Assembly: GCA_964016885.1 (NCBI GenBank)
Contig: OZ024741.1
Span: 68,262,001 to 68,326,000, forward strand
Source of the DNA: Eledone cirrhosa
Taxonomy: Eukaryota
Direction: 5' to 3'
Length of the DNA stretch: 64,000 bases
Shown: positions 62,690-64,000 of the stretch, in pieces
How the letters are laid out: each line of letters opens with the position of its first letter
Numbering within the stretch: the stretch's first letter is position 1
Notes under the pieces: generated by a model
What the model was told of the DNA's origin: nothing
Seen by the model: only the letters and a program-made list of their open reading frames with translations
Database searches by the model: none
Made by a program: the position numbers and the translations under genes

Positions 62690-63062
62690 CAATTGAATAC
62701 AGCATTTAATAGATTGAAGAAAGGAAAGTGAACTAAACCCAACTCACTGGTTTATTAATTCTTATATTTTCTTTCCGCTCTACGAATTCCTTAATGTTGG
62801 GGCTTGATCTCATAATGTAAATTTGTAGCAACATATAGAACAATGCTCCACGTTTACATTAAGGGTTTATAGGTAATTAAACAAACCCAGAAGGGGCAAG
62901 GTACTAACTTCCTGTCTCTGTTATAATGAAAATCTTTGAAATCTGATATAAATTTCCAACAGAAATAATTTTCCTTTTTTTTTTTTTTTTGTTCATCAAA
63001 ATTTACATTCGTTAATTTTAATTAATTCAATATTTTCCCAGTCATACATTTTACATATTCTT

Positions 63063-63646
63063 TTATTGTTCTTTTTCGTTCACCCAGAATGGAAGTTTGC
63101 GTCCGTATGTACTTTCGGCTAATTTTCGTAACATGTAATCCAGTCGAAAGGCAGTCAAGCCAATCACCTGAATAACTAGTGTGAAGCCGTATAATGCACC
63201 ACTTATCACACCGTAAACATTTAATCGTGACAAAGGAGATGTAATACCGATGTAGAAGGTAGACAGCATTGTCAACCATAAAACATTGATGACAACCATA
63301 CCACACCAAGCGTAGTTTCGTAATCGTTTTAATCGAGTGCCTAATTCAGCGTTCGCTAGTCCCAAGTTAACATCATTGCCTAAAAGTGTAGCTCGAAGGT
63401 TTTGCCAAAATTCATGTTCTCTCTGCTGTAATTCGTCCCCTTCTTTCAACTGGAATAGATTTCCAACAACAAACGGACCATTGCTGTTTTCTGCATTTTC
63501 TTCACTTGTTGGTATAGCTATCGTCATTTTATTCCAAGTTGTGGTGGTTACAAGTATTGTGTTGGTGAGCATATCACAGGTAACAAAAGAAAGAGAAAAG
63601 ACTTCTTTTAATGATAAATTATAACGGCCATTAATACGATTGGTGT
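63063..63646 (-). CDS. chs: Terminal exon of a second, convergent chitin synthase paralog (acceptor position uncertain)
   Basis: EHEFWQNLR..LG..LKRLRN..INVLW..LNVYGVISGALYG..VIQVIG..R..KLPFW aligns with the 52685-53142 exon. The frame is open up to a phase-1 TAG acceptor at 63647-63648. Confidence 0.85.
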
Positions 63647-63750
63647 CTATTTATATCTAAGGTGTTAAACATTTAACCTGTATTGTATTATGGATATATA
63701 TATATATATATATATATATATCTTTTCGCTCTCTCTCTCTCTCTCTCTCT

Positions 63751-63782
<32 letters not shown>

Positions 63783-64000
63783 TATACATACACAAACACA
63801 CACACAATATATATATATGTGTATATATATATACATATACATATAGAGAGAGTCAAGCTTAGCTATGTATTTAAATCCCTCTTACGATACTAGTTTACAT
63901 TCCATTCCGAAGTACTTTAGACAAATGCCTTCTACAATAGCCTTGACAGTTTACACTAGCAATCCTATGTCAGCTACCCATCTTGAAGGCAGCTTAGCAA

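Overview
Eukaryotic, repeat-rich animal DNA. The SINE families and microsatellite content look like a cephalopod (Octopus-like); this is an inference. Bases 1 to ~15.2 kb are a 41-bp A/C-rich satellite array with higher-order structure. On the + strand, 21570-53142 is an intron-rich chitin synthase gene: 12 exons joined by GT-AG sites in consistent phase, about 1247 aa, with EDR, QRRRW and SWGTR motifs intact and the first exon unresolved. The last exon of a convergent paralog lies on the - strand at ~63063-63646. Introns and intergenic DNA hold a 5'-truncated Penelope-like retroelement (RT + GIY-YIG), a full-length but inactivated hAT-type transposon, R4-like and RTE LINE fragments, a probable Helitron, MITEs and many tRNA-derived SINEs. 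The most striking unannotated signal is a dispersed set of non-coding fold-back or tandem elements, mostly beside (TA)n tracts. Several carry minimal type-I hammerhead ribozyme motifs with canonical or variant cores, resembling Penelope pLTR or retrozyme derivatives.
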